The notes under the pieces are model-generated. The model was not told where the DNA came from. It searched no databases and saw only the letters and a list, made by a program, of their open reading frames with translations. From Candidatus Methanospirareceae archaeon (GTDB taxonomy: Archaea; Halobacteriota; Syntropharchaeia; Alkanophagales; Methanospirareceae): a DNA stretch of 60,523 nt. Location of the stretch: positions 1 to 60,523 of the forward strand of contig JBNGDK010000006.1 in the NCBI GenBank assembly GCA_049975405.1. The letters run 5' to 3'. Positions 7,516 to 17,834 of this stretch are shown here, one piece after another; the first letter of the stretch is position 1; each line of letters begins with the position of its first letter. Position numbers and translations under genes: made by a program.

Positions 7516-8754
7516 CTACCGCGTATATAAATATTTCACGAGGCTGCGTGCCATCAGCGGGAGGAGCTGAGGATGCCGTATCAGCCCGCGCAGGGCGAGC
7601 AAAGGATAATCCATATCGCCCTTCGCATGTATCCGCTCGATGAGCTCGCTTTCCGAGATCGTTCGTATGAGCGTATCGTAATCCGTATCATTCATCGCGC
7701 ACCGTAATCGGTGCACCATGAGGCCAAACGCAATTTCTCGTCCGATTTCACAACGCCAGCGGCGCTCGTAATCGTGCAGTACGGACATATCGCCCGTCAC
7801 ACATGCCTGCGCCGCCTGCTCACCCGCCAGTTTCCCGCAGCGCAGACCGTAGTAAACGCCACCGCCGGTGATCGGCTTTATCTGGGCCGCGGCATCGCCA
7901 ACAAGGAGTACGCCCGAACCATGCGTGACCTGCGTCGTCTTGCTTCTCATTCTCCTATTCAGCGGGAGCGGGATAGCGCCCGCGGAACGATGATATATCT
8001 CACCACCGAATTTTTGCGCTAGCACACGATGCTCTGCCAGGTCCCGCTTCAAGAACGCTAACGGCCTGGTTTGCGAGGAGTACTCCCGGTCAATGCAGAG
8101 TCCAATGCGTGCTCGCCGACGGGTGCCGAGTGGAATGGCCCAGGCAAAGAAGCCGGGTGCAACGTCTTTGCCCACAAAAATCTCCGCGTAATCCGATTCT
8201 GCCTCGTACTCGCCTTCAATTTGCGCACAACTCAGGCAGCGCTGTGTAGTCCTGAGCCCCGCCGATCGCGCCACGGTGCTTCGCATGCCATCTGCCCCAA
8301 TCACCACGCGCGCAGTTATCTTCCGTGTGGCGTTCGGCAGTTCTGTGGCAATCGTGAGCTCGCATCCCTCCTCTCCGATTCGAACCGCTTTCGCTTTGCA
8401 CCTCAGCAGGAGCTCCACGCCTGCTTTCACCGCCTCATTCGCCAATTCCTGGTCAAAGAGGTCGCGACGAACAGCGAATGCGCGTTGTCTTGGCGACTCG
8501 AGCAGTAGCTCGTGGGAGGGCGAGTATATGATCGCGCCCTTTATCTCCCGGCTGATGCACCGTTCAGGACGTTGCAATTCGCTCTCAGCCAGTGCTCGCG
8601 TGCTGAGGAGCCCTGCACAGTGAACCGGCTCACCGATGATCGCGTGCTCCTCGAGCAACAGGGTAGACACGCCAGCCTTTGCCGCGTATCTCGCGGCCAT
8701 GCAGCCCGCAGGACCACCACCGACCACCACCACATCGTAAGTGCCTCTCTCCAT
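7516..8754 (-). CDS. Geranylgeranyl reductase family FAD-dependent oxidoreductase (paralogue)
   Basis: YDVVVVGGGPAGCMAARYAAKAG Rossmann motif. GDAAAQIKPITGGGVYYG is typical of the GGR family. Confidence 0.8.
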   Translation of the reverse strand: MERGTYDVVVVGGGPAGCMAARYAAKAGVSTLLLEEHAIIGEPVHCAGLLSTRALAESELQRPERCISREIKGAIIYSPSHELLLESPRQRAFAVRRDLFDQELANEAVKAGVELLLRCKAKAVRIGEEGCELTIATELPNATRKITARVVIGADGMRSTVARSAGLRTTQRCLSCAQIEGEYEAESDYAEIFVGKDVAPGFFAWAIPLGTRRRARIGLCIDREYSSQTRPLAFLKRDLAEHRVLAQKFGGEIYHRSAGAIPLPLNRRMRSKTTQVTHGSGVLLVGDAAAQIKPITGGGVYYGLRCGKLAGEQAAQACVTGDMSVLHDYERRWRCEIGREIAFGLMVHRLRCAMNDTDYDTLIRTISESELIERIHAKGDMDYPLLALRGLIRHPQLLPLMARSLVKYLYTR

Positions 8755-8928
8755 GCCCGATCTCCGATTCTTTTGACCCGGAGTAGCTTCTGTATTAGAT
8801 CACGCACTCCCGGGAGTATCTGCCATGTGCGCCTTTTAAGCTTTTAAGCGAGAAAGCGAAAAAGGTTATAGGAGCAGATTACAGTAAGTAGCGTAACCTG
8901 CACAAGCGAGGCGAAACGTGAGCTAAAA

Positions 8929-9300
8929 ATGAAGAAGGCAATCGAGCTATCCCGGCAGCCGCGAAAACAGCGTAAGGTACGATTCAATGCACCCCTGCAT
9001 ACGCGCCACAAGTTTCTGAGCGCACCGCTGTCCGCAGAGCTTCAGGGTAAATACGGGCGTAGAAATTTACCGGTACGAAAGGGAGATACCGTGCGCCTGA
9101 TGCGCGGTGACGCCAAGGGCAAAGAGGGCAAGGTTCGGTCCGTGAGCTTGAAGAAGGGGCTGCTCACGATGGAAGGCGTTGTGGTGGCGCGTTCTGATTT
9201 GTCTGAGGTCCCGCGGCCCGTCCATCCTTCTAATATCGTAATCACGAAGTTAGAACTGAAGGATAAGCTCCGTGAGCTCGCCTTGAAGCGGCAGGGCTAG
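8929..9300 (+). CDS. rpl24: 50S ribosomal protein L24 (uL24, KOW domain)
   Basis: QPRKQRK..FNAPLH.R.K.LSAPLS.EL..KYG.R.LPVRKGD.V...RGD.KG.EGKV...HPSNIVITKL. Confidence 0.85.
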   Translation: MKKAIELSRQPRKQRKVRFNAPLHTRHKFLSAPLSAELQGKYGRRNLPVRKGDTVRLMRGDAKGKEGKVRSVSLKKGLLTMEGVVVARSDLSEVPRPVHPSNIVITKLELKDKLRELALKRQG

Positions 9301-9344
9301 CGGAAGGAAGGAAGCAGGTAGCTGAAATTCGCTCCCTCACAGGG

Positions 9345-9866
9345 CTATGATTCAAGCATTAGCTCGTTATGGAGTGCGAGCATCCGCTTGATAGAAGGGT
9401 GGGATTCGCCCAATTCTGCCTTGAAATCCGCGATCGCCGCGTCTATGCTCGTTCGCTTCCAGCCAACGATTAAATTGTCCGCATGGGCAACGATCTTCTC
9501 TTCCAGCGTCTCAGGGAGAAAATCACGAGCTGGTAAGCCCAGCATCTCGGCTTCCGCTGCCGTCAGTCCAGCACCAATATGCCGCTCGATGATACGTACG
9601 ATCTCTTCATTCAGCCCTAATGCACGCGCCATCGCGCCACCAACAACGCCATGATCGATACCGTGCGAGCGCGCTCTGCCCAGATCATGGAGCAATGCGC
9701 CCTTGAATACCAAACGCTCATCCACCGCCTCATGATGACGACGCGCAAACTCCAGCGCGAGGTCGGCAACAGCATTACAATGCCTGATCACGCCATCGTC
9801 GCAGCCAGCTGCTCGAAGTACCCGATTGCACTCGCGTCTTAATTCCGCTTCAGTCTCCGCTTCCAC
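9345..9866 (-). CDS. HD/HDIG-domain phosphohydrolase
   Basis: ALLHDLGR...HG..GA...IIERHIGAG motifs. Confidence 0.75.
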   Translation of the reverse strand: MEAETEAELRRECNRVLRAAGCDDGVIRHCNAVADLALEFARRHHEAVDERLVFKGALLHDLGRARSHGIDHGVVGGAMARALGLNEEIVRIIERHIGAGLTAAEAEMLGLPARDFLPETLEEKIVAHADNLIVGWKRTSIDAAIADFKAELGESHPSIKRMLALHNELMLES

Positions 9867-10348
9867 TTCCTTAACTCGGTGATCTCTTGCTCTATCTCTT
9901 TCACGATCTCGCTGTTATCGAAATATTCGAAATTAGCTTCACATTCCTCGCACCAGAATTCCTTCTCTGCGGCCTCTTCAAATAACACACGCTGACACTG
10001 GCACCGGTAGAACTCGCCATTCTGCTCGTAGTTGAGGCTCTTCTCCAACCGAGCCAGCTCGCCGTCCGCTTCCTCCTCCATCATCCGCTTGATGTTCTGG
10101 TGATTGAAACGCCACCAGTAAGTAATCCAGCCGGTGTTGTCATCGCGCTCAGTCCGGTACTCTGCGATCCTGCTCTCATACAGCAGGTATAAAATCTTAC
10201 GTACCGACGTTAGTTTCGTCTCGCTGAGCTGGGCGATTTCCTCATCTGTGATCTCCTCCTCCGGGATAGTTTCCAGGATCCTCAAGCCATCTTCGCCAAT
10301 GATTCTCCCGAAGTATTCCCTCACCAAAGGATTATCTGCCGCCAACAT
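9839..10348 (-). CDS. tfe: Transcription factor E (TFE alpha; winged helix plus Zn ribbon)
   Basis: N-terminal wHTH (TDEEIAQLSETKLTSVRKILYLLYE), W..YWWRF, and Cys pairs C.C...C..C. Confidence 0.8.
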   Translation of the reverse strand: MLAADNPLVREYFGRIIGEDGLRILETIPEEEITDEEIAQLSETKLTSVRKILYLLYESRIAEYRTERDDNTGWITYWWRFNHQNIKRMMEEEADGELARLEKSLNYEQNGEFYRCQCQRVLFEEAAEKEFWCEECEANFEYFDNSEIVKEIEQEITELRKWKRRLKRN

Positions 10349-10557
10349 AATGATCGATCTCCACTGATACGTATAACCTGAGAGAAGATTAACCTTTCTG
10401 CTCTCTCACGTTGCAGTGAGCTATGTAAGATCGGAGGAGCTGGTCGAGCCAGACCCGCTCGACCGTTTTCGCGCAGCAAACATGTCCCGCTCAGCGGGCC
10501 TCGGGTGGTTTTTCACGTTCCCCCCGTGTGAATGGTCCGAAGCCCGCAGTCGCGCAC

Positions 10558-11343
10558 TTATCCCTCAATCCTCAGGAACTTCTCGCGTATCTCCTGCCCT
10601 TTCTCGATGCCGAGCTCGATCATCGCTTCGATCTGCTCTTGTTTCAAGCCGCCATTGCCGCTCTTCTGTAAGCCTGAGAGTGTGCCATCGGCATTCGAGA
10701 TGACGGTGAGCTTGCTCGATGCTGCATTCTCCTCGTATAGAGAGGGATCAACGAGGAAATTCCCGCCGACCTCGATGATGCTCACGGCGACCGGCGTTTC
10801 ACGTGGCGAAAGCACATTATCCCCGGGCAAGCCGTAGCGCTCGGTCGGAATGCGGAGCTTCAAGAGCGAAGCAATTGCACCTAACGCAGCCGCGTCGATG
10901 AGATTCCCATCGTTATCCAGGATGTGGATATCGATGAAGGTCATCCAGACCTTCTCGCCTGGTTCAATACATAACTTCTCCAAATCGAGCGCTTCTGAGC
11001 CTCGAATTCCTCGATCCACTATCCGGGCCAGCTCGATACTGTTCTCGTCCGGCGGTCCCGGTTCGAAGTCGGGCGACGCGCCCGGTCGAAGTTCCGCGTT
11101 CGTCATGATGACCCCCAGATTCGGGGTGTCCGGGAAGGGCTCGCCGAGCTCGACTTTCACGCCCACCAGAACTGCGGTGTCGCCGATCTTCACCAGCGCA
11201 GAGCCTTCTGCCTTCTCGATCGTGTCGCGCTCCACGATGATCTCGCGGTAATCCAGGAATCCCCGGCCATCTATCCGCTTCCCGCTATCAATCAAATCAT
11301 ATACGTAATCCTTCCGGAGATCTTCCATAACCTCAAATCCCAT
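10558..11343 (-). CDS. rrp42: Exosome complex component Rrp42
   Basis: RNase PH-like sequence. Sits in the conserved rrp4-rrp41-rrp42 order. Confidence 0.9.
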   Translation of the reverse strand: MGFEVMEDLRKDYVYDLIDSGKRIDGRGFLDYREIIVERDTIEKAEGSALVKIGDTAVLVGVKVELGEPFPDTPNLGVIMTNAELRPGASPDFEPGPPDENSIELARIVDRGIRGSEALDLEKLCIEPGEKVWMTFIDIHILDNDGNLIDAAALGAIASLLKLRIPTERYGLPGDNVLSPRETPVAVSIIEVGGNFLVDPSLYEENAASSKLTVISNADGTLSGLQKSGNGGLKQEQIEAMIELGIEKGQEIREKFLRIEG

Positions 11344-11345
11344 TG

Positions 11346-12095
11346 TTATTCCTCACCTAGCTCCACACTCGCACTATATTTATCAAGCAATGCCGCTCGC
11401 TGCAATTCGTAGATCTGATGACAGCCCTGCTTCGCCAGTTCCATACCGCGTTTGAATTCATCCTCCGTGAACCGGCCATCCATCTGGAGCATGGTTATCG
11501 TGTCCGTTCGTGCGACCATCGCTATCGGCATGTCAGCCTCGCCGAAGTTGTCCTCCTTCGCGCTCAAATCGAGCACGACCTCGCCTTCTACCTTACCCAC
11601 GGCAACTGAGGAGACGATATCGCGCATCGGTATGCCTGCAGCAGCGAGCGCGACCGAAGCGGCATTGATGCCCGCTGTTCTCGTTCCCGCATCCGATTGG
11701 AGCAGCTCAACATAGACGTCGATCGCTGTCTTCGGATAATATTCCTTGATAATGACCGGATCCAGGGCCTCTCGGCTCACCTTTGAGATCTCTACGCTCC
11801 TGCGATCAGGGCCGGGGCGCTTGCGATCGTCCACCGAGAACGGTGCCATATTATAGCGGTAGGTAACGACGGCCATCTTGGCGTCCTGAAAGTGCCGCGG
11901 ATGCATCTCGCGTGGTCCGAACACCGCAGCAATCGCTTTATTATTCCCCAACTGGAAATAGCAGGAGCCATCTGCCCGCTTCAAAACACCTACTTCGATC
12001 TTTATCGGTCTCAGTTCATCAAATCCGCGACCATCCAATCTTTTCCCATCCTTTATCAACTCTATCTCTTCGTTCTTCATTACTCTTCTTATCAC
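11346..12095 (-). CDS. rrp41: Exosome complex exonuclease Rrp41
   Basis: [22 protein letters not shown]...GTRTAGI RNase PH motifs. Confidence 0.9.
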   Translation of the reverse strand: MIRRVMKNEEIELIKDGKRLDGRGFDELRPIKIEVGVLKRADGSCYFQLGNNKAIAAVFGPREMHPRHFQDAKMAVVTYRYNMAPFSVDDRKRPGPDRRSVEISKVSREALDPVIIKEYYPKTAIDVYVELLQSDAGTRTAGINAASVALAAAGIPMRDIVSSVAVGKVEGEVVLDLSAKEDNFGEADMPIAMVARTDTITMLQMDGRFTEDEFKRGMELAKQGCHQIYELQRAALLDKYSASVELGEE

Positions 12096-12769
12096 TCACC
12101 TTCTCGCTCTTTCTTAAACGAATCCAAAAAATTCGACACCCGATCGGTCAAGCCGGACGTATGCGCCTCATTCGAGATCATGAGCAGCACCTGGGTCGCG
12201 AGATTCATATCCTCCTCCTTTCCGCGTATCCAGATCCGCCCATTCTTGGCGATAAAAATGAAGCAGTTGCACTTCTCCTTGAGCATCTTGATCATTGAGC
12301 CGCTCCGACCTATGATGCGCGGCACCTTTGTATGCGAGATCTCAATCAAGCGCCCGCGATCGGTGATCCGGAACTCATCCTTCAACGTCAGATCGATGCG
12401 CATGAGCGCGTCCACGTTCAGCACCTTCGCCACGACCAAATCACCCAGGTCGAGATACTCAGCCATAGAACTGAAGTCGATCTTCCGGTCTTCCCCACGT
12501 CCAAACTCGTTGATATGCAATCGCCCTTCATAGGGTGAGCCGATATCAACAATCCAGTATGGGTACGCAATCTCAATTATCTTGCCGATCACGACGTCAC
12601 CTCGTGCGGGCACGTACTTCCCGGCGAGCGCAACCACGCGTATCTCCTCTTTCTCGCTTACGATACCGTAGTTAGCGGCGTATACCCTACCCGCCTCTAT
12701 GTACGTCCCATCACCTGCTCGTTTAGTCTCATCGGAGATGTAATCTCCTGGCACCACTACTTTGTACAT
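12092..12769 (-). CDS. rrp4: Exosome complex RNA-binding protein Rrp4 (S1 plus KH)
   Basis: VVPGD.I.....G.GTY...S1 and KH segments ([13 protein letters not shown]). 4-nt overlap with rrp41. Confidence 0.9.
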   Translation of the reverse strand: MYKVVVPGDYISDETKRAGDGTYIEAGRVYAANYGIVSEKEEIRVVALAGKYVPARGDVVIGKIIEIAYPYWIVDIGSPYEGRLHINEFGRGEDRKIDFSSMAEYLDLGDLVVAKVLNVDALMRIDLTLKDEFRITDRGRLIEISHTKVPRIIGRSGSMIKMLKEKCNCFIFIAKNGRIWIRGKEEDMNLATQVLLMISNEAHTSGLTDRVSNFLDSFKKEREGE

Positions 12770-12775
12770 GGTCTC

Positions 12776-13468
12776 TCACTTCATTATCTTGACCTGCGCA
12801 TCTCCTTTGGTGATGCGATTTACGAAGGCAAAGAGCTCGTCCCGCATCCCCGCAGGCAGCTTTACCACCGCGATATAGGAGCCGTCTGGCGACCACTCCT
12901 CCTTATGCACATCAAAATTCCGCTTCAGCTCGTACACGTGCCCGGAATAAGGCGCCGGGATCTTGACCGCCACCTCGCTCTCCTCGATCTTGATCGGGAT
13001 GAGAGGACGGAGCGCCTTCACCGTCTCGCTCACCAGCTCATCGACGCTCTTAAACGGATCGATATGCACGCGAGCCTCGTTCATGGCAATCTCGATCCTC
13101 GTGGGCGGATGCGGCGTGTTGGTCTGCGGATTGATAGCAATACGCGCGATCTGCTCGATGACCTTTTTCCGCTTCTCCTCGATCTTCCGCCGCCGCTGCT
13201 CTGTTGTGAGATGCAGTTCACCATCCTTGATGATCTTCTTGACGATCTCGCTCAGCTCAGTAGTCGAGAACGCGTCCATCAGATCCTTTTCCGTCGCCTT
13301 CTCGCCCTTCGCGGCGTCGGTGAAGACCTCATCTGCTGCGAGCAGCTCCTCGAGGTCAAACTGACCGCTTCCGCGCATCCGCTCCGCGCCATCGGGATCA
13401 ACAAGAATCTCAAAATTCTTCTTACTATGCTTGTACCGTGCAATAACCGCCTTGTCCAGGCTGACCAT
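12776..13468 (-). CDS. sdo1: SBDS family ribosome maturation protein (Sdo1)
   Basis: AR.K...KNFEILVDPD sequence. Sits in its canonical position in the exosome superoperon. Confidence 0.9.
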   Translation of the reverse strand: MVSLDKAVIARYKHSKKNFEILVDPDGAERMRGSGQFDLEELLAADEVFTDAAKGEKATEKDLMDAFSTTELSEIVKKIIKDGELHLTTEQRRRKIEEKRKKVIEQIARIAINPQTNTPHPPTRIEIAMNEARVHIDPFKSVDELVSETVKALRPLIPIKIEESEVAVKIPAPYSGHVYELKRNFDVHKEEWSPDGSYIAVVKLPAGMRDELFAFVNRITKGDAQVKIMK

Positions 13469-13473
13469 TTCGA

Positions 13474-14259
13474 TTATTCCTGGGGCTCACCGGTATCTGT
13501 GCTCTGATCACCCTCAGACTGGCCCTCGCTCGCTGCTTGTTCTTTTACCTGTTCCACGTAGGGCGCCAACTCGTCAGCAGTCATGATCCTGAACCGCTTG
13601 CTCTCGCTCTCCGCAAGACCCGCGTCGACCGTGGTAATGTCGAGCCGGCCTTCCGTGACTTTGTATAATGCCTTCAGCCCGAGTAAGATGGCGTCCTTGA
13701 GAGAGAGATCCTCCTGATACTCCTGCTCCAAAAGCTCGGTCACGACGCTCCGTCCCGATCCGATTGCCGTGGCCTTGTACTCAAGCAATGCGCCGCTGGG
13801 ATCGGTCTCGAAGAGGTAACAGCTCCCGTTATATACGCCACCAATCAAAAGTGCGGTGCCAAACGGTCTGAGACCCCCAAGCTGCGTGTACGCTTGCTTG
13901 AAATCGCATATTTTCTTTGCCAAGGTCTCCACATCAATCGGCTCATCATACACGATCTTATTGATTTGTGCCTCTATTCTGCCGCGATCAATGAGCATTC
14001 GTGCATCGGCAACCAATCCAGATGTTGCGGCACCGATATGATCGTCCAAGCGAAAGATCTTTTGCACCGAGCCACCTTCCAGTAATCGGGACGTCAATCT
14101 CTTGTCCACCAGAAGTGCTACGCCATTACGTGCCCTGATGCCGACGGCGGTTGTACCTCGTTTCACCGCCTCGCGTGCGTATTCTACTTGAAATAACCTG
14201 CCATCAGGGCTGAATGTTGTTATTCCTCTATCATACCCCATTTGTGGCATCATTTGCAT
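13474..14259 (-). CDS. psmA: Proteasome subunit alpha
   Basis: YDRGITTFSPDGRLFQVEYAREAVKRGTT signature. Confidence 0.95.
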   Translation of the reverse strand: MQMMPQMGYDRGITTFSPDGRLFQVEYAREAVKRGTTAVGIRARNGVALLVDKRLTSRLLEGGSVQKIFRLDDHIGAATSGLVADARMLIDRGRIEAQINKIVYDEPIDVETLAKKICDFKQAYTQLGGLRPFGTALLIGGVYNGSCYLFETDPSGALLEYKATAIGSGRSVVTELLEQEYQEDLSLKDAILLGLKALYKVTEGRLDITTVDAGLAESESKRFRIMTADELAPYVEQVKEQAASEGQSEGDQSTDTGEPQE

Positions 14260-14301
14260 TCACATCACCTCGTTCTTATCTTATACCATGCTACGTACCC
14301 A

Positions 14302-14373
14302 TGGACTCGACGGGATTTGAACCCGTGGCTTCCTCCTCGCGAAGGAGGCACTCTTCCACTGAGCTACGAGCCC
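14302..14373 (-). tRNA. tRNA-Ala (anticodon CGC)
   Basis: Reverse complement GGGCTCGTAGCTCAGTGGAAGAGTGCCTCCTTCGCGAGGAGGAAGCCACGGGTTCAAATCCCGTCGAGTCCA folds as a cloverleaf. It has the G3:U70 Ala identity pair. CCA is not encoded. Confidence 0.9.
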
Positions 14374-14398
14374 CCGTCTCTATTCTCCACGATAGGTA

Positions 14399-14406
14399 TT
14401 TTATAA
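14399..14406 (-). promoter_or_regulatory. TATA box (TTATAAAA on the minus strand) for tRNA-Ala
   Basis: About 26 nt upstream of the tRNA 5' end. Confidence 0.5.
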
Positions 14407-14460
14407 GGCGCCAGTCATAAATAGTTAATCGCTTTCGCGTTTTGAGAGGCTCGAGTAGCA

Positions 14461-15150
14461 ATGGATCTTTTCACTTCACCGGCACTCATTGGCGGTTCTC
14501 TTCTGCTAATTGGCTTCTTTACCGGCCTGAGCGGCGCGTTGATACCCGGTCCAATGCTGGCCTATGTCCTCGCGGATACCTTGAAGAAAGGAGCGCGTTC
14601 TGGACCACTCACGGTGCTCGGCCATATCTCGGTGGAGCTCTTACTTATCCTTGCGCTCGTTCTGGGCCTGGGCATCACGAGCTTATTTTTGGAATTTAAA
14701 TCGGTGGTCTATGTTGTGGGCGGCATTGCGCTCGTTTTCATCGCGATAACCACTATCAGAAGCGCCCGTGGGGCTTCGGACGACGCGTCCATCGCAGTCC
14801 GCGGTAACGCCCTGCGGTGGCGCGGTTTTCGGTATGCGTATCACAGCTCGGTTGCGGGCGGCATCCTCTTCACGGCGTTCAATCCCGCCTTTATACCCTG
14901 GTGGGTGACTGTAGGCTATCCGCTCCTGTTACAGGGCTTTGAGTGGTTTGCGGTCGCCGGGATCGCGCTGGTATCGATCGGGCATTTCATGTCGGATCTG
15001 ACCTGGTATTCCTTCGTCTCCTACTCGTTCTCGCGCGGTGAACGCTTCCTCGTGGGCAAGCGGTACGAGCTAATCATGCTCGGCCTGGCGCTCTTTGTGA
15101 TTACGTTAGGCGTTTTTTTCCTCATTAAGGGTATAACCGGTCTGGTTTAA
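14461..15150 (+). CDS. LysE/RhtB-type amino-acid exporter family membrane protein
   Basis: About six hydrophobic helices. N-terminal G...PGP motif. Confidence 0.6.
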   Translation: MDLFTSPALIGGSLLLIGFFTGLSGALIPGPMLAYVLADTLKKGARSGPLTVLGHISVELLLILALVLGLGITSLFLEFKSVVYVVGGIALVFIAITTIRSARGASDDASIAVRGNALRWRGFRYAYHSSVAGGILFTAFNPAFIPWWVTVGYPLLLQGFEWFAVAGIALVSIGHFMSDLTWYSFVSYSFSRGERFLVGKRYELIMLGLALFVITLGVFFLIKGITGLV

Positions 15151-15239
15151 GATTCGTGTCCTGTGTTACCAATGGACGGCGCTTTAAAGGAGCAGCAGAT
15201 ATACGATACACACGTAACGGCCCAGAGAGAGGGCGTGAC

Positions 15240-16991
15240 ATGTATGATTTGGTACTGAAGCATTCTCGAATCGTAGATGTAGAAAACAGCTTGATCTTCG
15301 AGTCAGATATCGGTGTCACGGGCACGAAAATCGTCAAAATACATCCGGGATTGACAGGCATGGAGACGGTGACTGTCGGTGGGAGATTTGTTGCGCCGGG
15401 TCTTGTGGAGCCCCATGTCCATTTTGAGAGCAGTAAGCTGCCGTTAAGCGCGTTTGTACGGCTCGTTATGGCTCATGGCACGACCACAATGGTTAATGAT
15501 CCGCACGAGATCGCCAATGTTCTTGGTGTCCGAGGTGTTGAAGCGACGTTGAAAGAGGCACGACTGCAGCCGATCAGCGTATATACAACCGTTCCGAGCT
15601 GCGTGCCCGCAGTACCGTTTGAGACCTCGGGCGCAACGCTGGGCGTGGAGGAGGTAGAAGCGCTCCTCGAAGAAGATGGCGTTATTGGCCTGGGCGAACT
15701 GATGAACTTCCCGGGCGTTCTGAACGGCGACCAGGTGGTAATGGGCAAAATCGCTGTGGCCAGGAGGTCGGGTATGGTAATCGAGGGACACTGCCCGCTG
15801 CTGAGCGGCGAGAATCTCAAGAATTATATTGCTGCCGGGATCAGCTCAGATCACGAAGTGACCGAGGGCTGGGAGCTCGAGGAGAAGATCAGCCGGGGAA
15901 TGGCTGTTTATATCCGGTTTTTTGGCGGGAAAACACAGGATTTGGAGCGCCTGATACGCCACATCGTCGAGAATGAGCTGCCGACCGAGAACCTGTCGTT
16001 CTGCACCGACGACCGGCACATTGGCGATTTGGTACGGTATGGCCATCTCGATTACACCGTGCGAAGCGCCGTTAGTTTAGGACTCGACCCGATTACGGCA
16101 CTCAGCATGGCGACCCGCAATCCGAGCAAGCATTTCGGGTTGGAAGACAGAGGCGTGATCAAAACCGGCTACCGGGCTGATCTGGTCATTTTTGATGATC
16201 TCACGCGATTCACGCCAGAACTGGTGATTGCCGGCGGTCGAATTATTGCACGCGGTGGTGAGGCGGTAGTTCCGGAAGTACCATTTGACTATTCATTTGG
16301 GCTTGAGAGCGTGACCTGCCCGCCATTCACCGCAGAACAATTTGCTATACCCTGCCCGGGTGAACGCGTGCGGGTGAGGGTGATACATGTCGTGGAAGGT
16401 AGTTTGATAACGGAATCTGCCATTCATGAGCTTAAAGTACGAACTGGCGTTCTTAAAACGGATATCGAGCGCGACCTCTTGAAGATCGCGGTGATAGATC
16501 GTCATACCGGCACGGGCGGCTTCAGCGTCGGTTTTGTCACGGGCTTTGGGTTACAAGAAGGCGCTATCGGCTCGACTATCGCGCATGACAGTCATAACAT
16601 CATCGTCGTCGGAACCACTGATGCTGATATGGCCCGGGCGGTAAATGCGCTCAGAGCGATGGGCGGTGGCGAGGTTGTGGTCTCAGAAGATGCTGTAAGC
16701 AAGCTCCCGCTCCGCTATGGTGGTCTCATGTCGCTCGAGGAGCCTGCTCGGGTGGTAACGGATATGAAAAAGCTGGAAGCCGCGTATCGTGCGCTGGGCG
16801 GGAAATTGAGGTCGCCGTTTATGGCACTGAGTTTTCTCGCCTTGCCGGTGATTCCGGCCTTGAAGATCACGGATAAGGGGCTGTATGAGCTGGGTGAGCA
16901 GGGTATTGTGAAGCGGGATCTTATCCTTGAGGAGGCGTTAGTAACTGACGCGGGAACTCTTCTTGCGGTCAGGAGTCATGAAGCGTGGTGA
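15240..16991 (+). CDS. ade: Adenine deaminase
   Basis: GLVEPHVHFESS...HGTTTMVNDPHEIANV amidohydrolase motifs. Start set at ATG 15240 (MYDLVLK); the ORF is open from 15156. Confidence 0.85.
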   Translation: MYDLVLKHSRIVDVENSLIFESDIGVTGTKIVKIHPGLTGMETVTVGGRFVAPGLVEPHVHFESSKLPLSAFVRLVMAHGTTTMVNDPHEIANVLGVRGVEATLKEARLQPISVYTTVPSCVPAVPFETSGATLGVEEVEALLEEDGVIGLGELMNFPGVLNGDQVVMGKIAVARRSGMVIEGHCPLLSGENLKNYIAAGISSDHEVTEGWELEEKISRGMAVYIRFFGGKTQDLERLIRHIVENELPTENLSFCTDDRHIGDLVRYGHLDYTVRSAVSLGLDPITALSMATRNPSKHFGLEDRGVIKTGYRADLVIFDDLTRFTPELVIAGGRIIARGGEAVVPEVPFDYSFGLESVTCPPFTAEQFAIPCPGERVRVRVIHVVEGSLITESAIHELKVRTGVLKTDIERDLLKIAVIDRHTGTGGFSVGFVTGFGLQEGAIGSTIAHDSHNIIVVGTTDADMARAVNALRAMGGGEVVVSEDAVSKLPLRYGGLMSLEEPARVVTDMKKLEAAYRALGGKLRSPFMALSFLALPVIPALKITDKGLYELGEQGIVKRDLILEEALVTDAGTLLAVRSHEAW

Positions 16992-16995
16992 CGCG

Positions 16996-17688
16996 ATGAG
17001 AACGGTAGGCATACTGGGTGTTATGGGGCCTGAGACGGTTGCACGGTTTTACCTGCTGGTCAATGCGAGAGTACGGGTTAGTAACAACACGCAGTACCCG
17101 CCTATCGTACTGTACAGTGCTCCCGTACCCTACGATCTGGAGCGCGAGATTGTGGAAAGCGGCCGGAACGAGGAGCTGATACTGCCCTTTTTGATCAGAG
17201 GACTTCAGAGCCTGGCGGCAGCGGGCGTCGATTTCATCGTCATCCCCTGTAATACGGTACATTGCTTCATATCGGAATTACGCGCCTGTGTCACTCCACC
17301 AATCCTAAGCATCGTGGAAGAAACGGCAGAAGTGTGCATGCGCGCGGATTACCGTACGGTGGGTCTTCTCGCGACGACCGAAACGATCGAGCGGGAGCTG
17401 TATAAGCGAGAGCTGGCGCGACACGGGATACAGGTGGTGACGCCGGATACGACCGCGCAACGGCGGGTCTCCGCGATCATTCAGCAGATCCTGAACGGTA
17501 GCAAATCTGTGGAGAACAAGCAAGCCTTACTGACAATGATACGGACGTTGCACTCGGAAGGTGCGGAAGCGGTCATTTTAGGCTGTACCGCTCTGGAATT
17601 AGTACTCCAGCAATCGGACGTCTCCATACCACTGCTGGATAGCTTTGAGATTCTGGCCGTGGCGACCGTGCGAGACCTGCTGCGCTGA
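16996..17688 (+). CDS. Aspartate/glutamate racemase family protein
   Basis: IGILGVMGPE...IVIPCNTVH...ILGCTAL, with two catalytic Cys segments. Start at ATG 16996, 4 nt after the ade stop. Confidence 0.75.
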   Translation: MRTVGILGVMGPETVARFYLLVNARVRVSNNTQYPPIVLYSAPVPYDLEREIVESGRNEELILPFLIRGLQSLAAAGVDFIVIPCNTVHCFISELRACVTPPILSIVEETAEVCMRADYRTVGLLATTETIERELYKRELARHGIQVVTPDTTAQRRVSAIIQQILNGSKSVENKQALLTMIRTLHSEGAEAVILGCTALELVLQQSDVSIPLLDSFEILAVATVRDLLR

Positions 17689-17690
17689 GA

Positions 17691-17697
17691 TTTTTTT
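17691..17697 (+). terminator. Oligo-T tract (T7), archaeal-type terminator
   Basis: TTTTTTT lies 2 nt after the racemase stop codon. Confidence 0.4.
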
Positions 17698-17834
17698 CAG
17701 GAGCCGATGCGCACCACGACCGCCTCGGCGCTTACTCGTCACAAACCAGATCACCTTTTCCTTTTTATACTCTGTCATACTAGCACATACTAACCAATTA
17801 CTATTTTCAGTAATCGACCATTTATGTACGAAAA

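Noticed and set aside
10416-10703. 95-aa plus-strand ORF in the rrp42-tfe spacer
   Set aside because: The GTG-initiated, Arg/Ser-rich translation overlaps the rrp42 3' end antisense. The region is better explained by RNA structure; see the finding on the rrp42-tfe spacer.
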